NCBI GenBank assembly: GCA_963719505.1
Contig: CAVRCF010000001.1
Location: 864,001 to 928,000, forward strand
Origin: Halobacteriovoraceae bacterium
Lineage (GTDB): Bacteria > Bdellovibrionota > Bacteriovoracia > Bacteriovoracales > Bacteriovoracaceae
Length of the DNA: 64,000 nucleotides
Direction: 5' to 3'
Positions 59,700 through 64,000 of the stretch are shown here, one piece after another. Both the position numbers and the translations under genes were made by a program. Below the pieces are notes generated by a model. It had not been told where the DNA came from, searched no databases, and worked only from the letters and a program-made list of their open reading frames with translations. Numbering within the stretch: position 1 is the first letter of the stretch; the number at the start of each line of letters is the position of its first letter.

Positions 59700-60682
59700 G
59701 TTTTGCTTTTAATGTAGACTTTGAAGACTTTTTAAAAAGTGATAAAGAAAACTATAAGTATACTTCGTCCAAGCAAACCCAAGAGTTTGAGTATTTTATC
59801 CTTTGGCTGGAGAGTTCTCCCCTTTATACAACGAAAAGTTATCATCCTGAATATCTCAACTTTATTAAAAAGTTTAATCCTTTTCAATTAACGAGTTCAA
59901 ACGCGAATCTTAAAATGTGGATTTGTGACATCTACGATAAAGAGGAGCAAAAAAAACTAAACTCGAAAATGGCGACGAGCTCTTTTGCTATTGAAAATAA
60001 GCTTGCCCACCCAAAGACCACAATTGAGTTGGAAAAGTCTCACTTTGAACAAGGGTATATTTACAAAGAAGAGTTCGGAGTAAGTGGGGTCGGTATCTCA
60101 AAGTCGAGTCCCTCGTATGAAAGACTAGAGTTTCCAGTGGTGAAAGAACCTCTGTTAAACAGAACCTTTGACTTTAGTGCTCTTTTTTATGGAGATAAAA
60201 CTTTAATTTATCAAAACCATATCGATGACTCCTTTCACTATAAAGGCACCACCTTAGGATTGAACTTTGAATACTTTGACTGGATTGAAGAATACAAGGT
60301 TAAGATTCAACTGATTAAAGATCAATTCTACACAGGGCACAACCCCATGAGCATTGATTCTTTTATTTATGAAGAAGATGGAAAAGAGCAGGTCTATATA
60401 TTGAGCGAAGTCAATAATAGAAAAACGATGGGATATTGCGCTTTGATGTTAAAGGATAAACTTGGAGGAGATTATCGATATGCGAGACTTCGGCTTTTTA
60501 ACTCGAAAAAATTGAGAAAAAAATTCTCTCATAATGATCTCTATAACTATTTTGATAAAAAAATAATTCCACTATCTCCAATCGATAATTTATTTGTGAC
60601 ATTTTTGATCTTAGAAGACTCTTTAGGGGAACTTAACGAATTAGAGGATCTACTGGTTTCGACTTTTTTTAAAGATCTCTAG
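59696..60682 (+). CDS. Divergent ATP-grasp-fold protein
   Basis: ATGA overlap with upstream gene; K..FGVSGVG loop, EP.L.R.FDFS, SIDSFIY and EVNNR motifs. Confidence 0.62.
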   Translation: MSFAFNVDFEDFLKSDKENYKYTSSKQTQEFEYFILWLESSPLYTTKSYHPEYLNFIKKFNPFQLTSSNANLKMWICDIYDKEEQKKLNSKMATSSFAIENKLAHPKTTIELEKSHFEQGYIYKEEFGVSGVGISKSSPSYERLEFPVVKEPLLNRTFDFSALFYGDKTLIYQNHIDDSFHYKGTTLGLNFEYFDWIEEYKVKIQLIKDQFYTGHNPMSIDSFIYEEDGKEQVYILSEVNNRKTMGYCALMLKDKLGGDYRYARLRLFNSKKLRKKFSHNDLYNYFDKKIIPLSPIDNLFVTFLILEDSLGELNELEDLLVSTFFKDL

Positions 60683-61270
60683 AATGATTTTACCGGCTTC
60701 CTCACAGCTTGAGCCATAGGCGATAATACCGTCTTGATGACCTTTCATAACAAAGATGCCAGAAGTCTTTTCACCAATACATTTGGAAGCTTCCTCTCCC
60801 ATACTCTCAGTTCCATAGGAAACTTTCTCGCTTGTCGCGTCCATGTCGTGTTTGATCATATAGTTCCAAAGAATAGGGTCGTGAATATGGAAGATAGAAT
60901 TAATTTGGGAACAACTTGAATAAATAGCGTGATGGGTAAGTGTTTCACTTGAAGGGGCAATAGGCCCTTTGGCTTCAACACTCATTTTCTTTAGGTTGCA
61001 TTTAAGGATATGAGTGTATTGACCACCAGAAAGATTTGGAAATTTTCCCGTTTGAGTGCCCGTGATAACAAACTGGTCACTTTTGGGATCTACTTTTTTC
61101 GATAGATTACCATAGCCAACCTTCTCAACTGGGTATTCACCAATTAAACCCATTTTAAAAAGAATCACTCGCCACTTCTCAAGATCAATATACTCGTTGG
61201 TCTCCAACGGCTTGGAGAGTTTTAAATTATATTTGAATTTTATGACACCTTCGTCGAGTGTTTTAGTCAT
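60650..61270 (-). CDS. Class II aldolase/adducin-family protein
   Basis: GNLS, FVITG, PSSE.LTH..IY, HIH and GH motifs. Confidence 0.85.
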   Translation of the reverse strand: MTKTLDEGVIKFKYNLKLSKPLETNEYIDLEKWRVILFKMGLIGEYPVEKVGYGNLSKKVDPKSDQFVITGTQTGKFPNLSGGQYTHILKCNLKKMSVEAKGPIAPSSETLTHHAIYSSCSQINSIFHIHDPILWNYMIKHDMDATSEKVSYGTESMGEEASKCIGEKTSGIFVMKGHQDGIIAYGSSCEEAGKIILEIFKKSRNQ

Positions 61271-61380
61271 GTATTGCCAATGAAATAAATTGCTTATAAA
61301 AAACAAGTATTTATAATATCATATAAGGATACAACGATAAAGTTAGTGGGGCGAGTATTTTAGGTAATCTAAAAGATAAA

Positions 61381-62898
61381 TTGAAGGATTTAACTAAAAA
61401 GTTTAAGAAATCCGATGATGGAGATATCGAAGAAGTTTTGGACGCAGAAGATGCGACCGGAGACATCGATATATCCGCTCTTGAGCAAGAGGTTACAAAA
61501 ACAGAATTTAGAACGCTGCCTGAAGCAGACATCGATACTGGCGTCCACAATAGTTTTGAATCAAGTTTAGAAGACCTTGAAGATGAAGAAGATTCAATTG
61601 ACCTAGAAGAAGAATTTCCAGAAGATGAGCAGTTTGATGATGAGCAGCTTGAAGATGAAATTGAAGAAGAACAAAGTCCCGTTTTAAAATTTCTACAGTC
61701 GCAATTGCCCTTTGTTTACAATCTGGTGAATAAAGCGAAAAGTTCTAAAGTCGATAAAAAGAAGGAAAAGAAATCTTCTAAAGATAAGAATGAGATCGAT
61801 GATGACGAACTCGATGATGATAATGCACCTCAAAGTTTTATTGAGAAGCAACTCCCATTTTTGGCCAAATTTACAAAGAAGAATAAAAAGACTGATCAGG
61901 AAAGTGATGAAGAGGATGAAGACCTTGAAGATGGTGAAGAAGTTCCCAAGAAAAAGCGAAAACTCAATGTTATTCAACTACTTATTATCATCGCTGTCGT
62001 TTTCGTGGGGCTCGAATTTTTGTTTCCTGAAGAAGAGCCGGTTGCTATTCCTGTCCTAAAGAAAAGACCTCGGCCAGTGCCACAAGTTCAACAACCTGTT
62101 GAACCTGCGCCTGTACCTGCGCCTGAACCTGAACCAACAGCACCATCTGAAGTGGTAGACACTACAGATTCACCTAATCCTCAAGTTGATTCACCGGTAG
62201 AGAATATTCCAGTCGAAGAGCCAATGGTTGATCCCGTTGGGGAAACTATTGGGGAAGAACCTGTTGAGCCAGTGAGTGAAACAGTTGATACTCCTACGAA
62301 TACTGAAGAGGACTTAGGAGAGCTTTTTGATGAATCAAATCAGCCTGTGAGCGATGTTGATGACCCGCAAACAACTGATGAGGATGAGCCAGAAACAACA
62401 CCAGCTCCAGAGCCAGTAGAGTTGCCCGTTGTTGATGAAGATCCAAATTTTATTGACGATGAAGAAACAGATGTTCCAACAACTCCAAAGCCACTAGAGC
62501 AACCCAGCGATGATGAAATCTTCAACGATGGAATCATTGATGAAGTTGTCGATACTTCAGTGTCTCCTAATATAACGGATTCAATTTTAAAGAGTCTAGA
62601 AGAGAAGATAAATAGCAAGAAGGAAGCACAAGTTTTAGTGATTGCAGTCAAACCAACAAATCCTCCAGAGTATGACTTTTTAGGTCGAGGCTTGGTTTAT
62701 AATTGTACGGGTAAGCACTGGGCATGTATTGATTCAGTAAGTTTTACAAAGTGCGGAGAGAATTTTTCTTGGAATACAAAAAGCTCTAATGCTATTGAGT
62801 GTTATCCAAGTGAGTTATACGATAGCGTCGAAGATTGTACAGTGGTTCAGCAATTTAAAATTGATAATGTTGCTGAAACTAAATTCTGTGGACCTTAG
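61381..62898 (+). CDS. Acidic single-pass membrane protein with Pro-rich linker and Cys-rich C-terminal domain
   Basis: Asp/Glu-rich N-terminus, KKKRK before one TM, P/E/V-rich linker, 6-Cys C-terminal domain; the frame is open from 61327 so the start may lie upstream. Confidence 0.75.
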   Translation: MKDLTKKFKKSDDGDIEEVLDAEDATGDIDISALEQEVTKTEFRTLPEADIDTGVHNSFESSLEDLEDEEDSIDLEEEFPEDEQFDDEQLEDEIEEEQSPVLKFLQSQLPFVYNLVNKAKSSKVDKKKEKKSSKDKNEIDDDELDDDNAPQSFIEKQLPFLAKFTKKNKKTDQESDEEDEDLEDGEEVPKKKRKLNVIQLLIIIAVVFVGLEFLFPEEEPVAIPVLKKRPRPVPQVQQPVEPAPVPAPEPEPTAPSEVVDTTDSPNPQVDSPVENIPVEEPMVDPVGETIGEEPVEPVSETVDTPTNTEEDLGELFDESNQPVSDVDDPQTTDEDEPETTPAPEPVELPVVDEDPNFIDDEETDVPTTPKPLEQPSDDEIFNDGIIDEVVDTSVSPNITDSILKSLEEKINSKKEAQVLVIAVKPTNPPEYDFLGRGLVYNCTGKHWACIDSVSFTKCGENFSWNTKSSNAIECYPSELYDSVEDCTVVQQFKIDNVAETKFCGP

Positions 62899-63644
62899 GC
62901 AGCGTCTTTGTCATACATCTCATTCATAAGTGGAATAAAGAATTGGTTTTCACCTTTTGCTTTTTCTTTTTTCATGCCACTGATGAAATGTTTAACTAGT
63001 CCTGGATCAAATTGAGACCCTGAGAATTCAATGAGTTCATTGAAGGCAACTTCATAAGGAAGACCTTTTCTATAGACTCTTGTCGATGTCATCGCATCAA
63101 AAGTGTCAGCGATTAAAATAATTCGTGCAAACATAGGGATATCTTCACCTTTAAGTTGGTCAGGGTATCCTCTTCCGTCATATCTTTCGTGATGGTGTTT
63201 TGCATTTCTCGCAACTTTTTCAAAAACGTCAAAGTCCTTGAGTATTTCATAAGACATTGAAGGGTGTTGTTTCATTATATCGAATTCGTGATCTTCAAGT
63301 CTTGATGGTTTGTTTAAAACAGCATCAGGAGTTCCAATTTTTCCGATGTCATGAAAAAGAGCGGAAAGTTGAAGGTCGTACATTTCCACATCAGATAGAC
63401 CTAGTTGCTTTCCAACAACCATAGAGAAGTAAGTTACGCGCATACTATGACCATAGGTATAGCTATCCTTGGCATCGAGTGCTTTTAAGATAGTTCTTGC
63501 GGCCATCTCACAAACTTTTTGTTTCTCAGTTTTAAGTTCCTCGATACGTATTGCCATATTAACAATTGATGCCGCAGGAGTGCTTTTTTGAAACTTCAAA
63601 AGGTTGTCTTTCTTTTTAACTTTTCCCATCGCTTTCTCTCTCAT
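62895..63644 (-). CDS. HD-GYP domain phosphodiesterase
   Basis: YTYGHSMRV, HDIGKIG, HHERYDGRGYP, ADTFDAMT and QFDP motifs. Confidence 0.95.
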   Translation of the reverse strand: MREKAMGKVKKKDNLLKFQKSTPAASIVNMAIRIEELKTEKQKVCEMAARTILKALDAKDSYTYGHSMRVTYFSMVVGKQLGLSDVEMYDLQLSALFHDIGKIGTPDAVLNKPSRLEDHEFDIMKQHPSMSYEILKDFDVFEKVARNAKHHHERYDGRGYPDQLKGEDIPMFARIILIADTFDAMTSTRVYRKGLPYEVAFNELIEFSGSQFDPGLVKHFISGMKKEKAKGENQFFIPLMNEMYDKDAA

Positions 63645-63811
63645 ATAAATATAATACAGCGCAACTTAACTGCGCCCTTAACCTAATCGGTTGTTATTAG
63701 GAAAAATAAACAGTAAAATGAGAATTATTTAATATTTTGCACCTAATTTATTGAAATTACTGAGAACTCTGGGCACAATATTTAGATAGATTTTAATTGA
63801 ATAGAGGCTAA

Positions 63812-64000
63812 ATGATAATTATTGATAAGCAACATGAATTGGCAGATTTTCTCCAAAACATCCAGTTTGATGGTTTGGGAGTGGTAAAGCTGGATAAGGT
63901 CTCTTTTGAGCTTAGCTCATCTGTTATTGACGAGGTTACTATTATTCATAGTGATGTCCTTAAATCTTTAAATTCTTCATCACTGGCGAGACTCTCAGAG
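63812..64000 (+). CDS. Partial ORF running off the window
   Basis: GAGG RBS, ATG 63812, open for 63 codons (MIIIDKQHELADFLQ...) to the window end. Confidence 0.6.
   Translation, partial: MIIIDKQHELADFLQNIQFDGLGVVKLDKVSFELSSSVIDEVTIIHSDVLKSLNSSSLARLSE

Noticed and set aside
62095..62135. CCTGCGCCTG/CCTGAA short repeats
   Set aside because: Codon-level consequence of a Pro-Ala/Pro-Glu linker
1..64000. Short antisense or nested ORFs of 60-130 aa in the ORF track
   Set aside because: They lie within well-supported genes, lack RBS and motifs, and read as shadow frames
1..64000. CRISPR array, tRNA/rRNA genes, IS elements, prophage
   Set aside because: No spaced repeats, cloverleaf/rRNA signatures, transposase, integrase or phage genes recognised; intergenic gaps are short

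Overview
AT-rich, gene-dense bacterial chromosome segment. The gene content (many secreted proteases, lineage-specific Cys-rich secreted proteins and lipoproteins, an AgmX/PglI-type domain, lipid A operon with a GnnA-like oxidoreductase) points to a predatory Bdellovibrionota, probably Bacteriovoracia/Halobacteriovorax-like; this is inference, not a database result. Housekeeping content: trpS, tyrS, rmuC, deoC, acyl-CoA dehydrogenase, RlmL-like methyltransferase, ahcY, rpiB, dcp, mazG, ybeY, prfB (programmed +1 frameshift), lysS, lolCE/lolD-bamA-skp-lpxD-fabZ-lpxA-gnnA-like-lpxB-lpxK, rpsA. I see no tRNA/rRNA, IS element, prophage or CRISPR array. bamA, rpsA and two lipoprotein genes carry clustered indels that look like assembly errors. 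Best candidates for undescribed biology: (1) a translationally coupled diiron ferritin-like (DUF455-type) + ATP-grasp gene pair; (2) a protease island in which a secreted clan CD (caspase/MARTX-CPD-like) protease and an M1 peptidase lie between two paralogous secreted hydrophobic-hairpin proteins; (3) a TLC/Npt-type nucleotide translocase coupled to a DtxR/MntR regulator; (4) a stand-alone secreted serum-amyloid-A-like protein; (5) an outer-membrane barrel + EF-hand lipoprotein pair; (6) recurrent sigma28-type leaderless promoters and sigma54-type promoters sharing an upstream motif.
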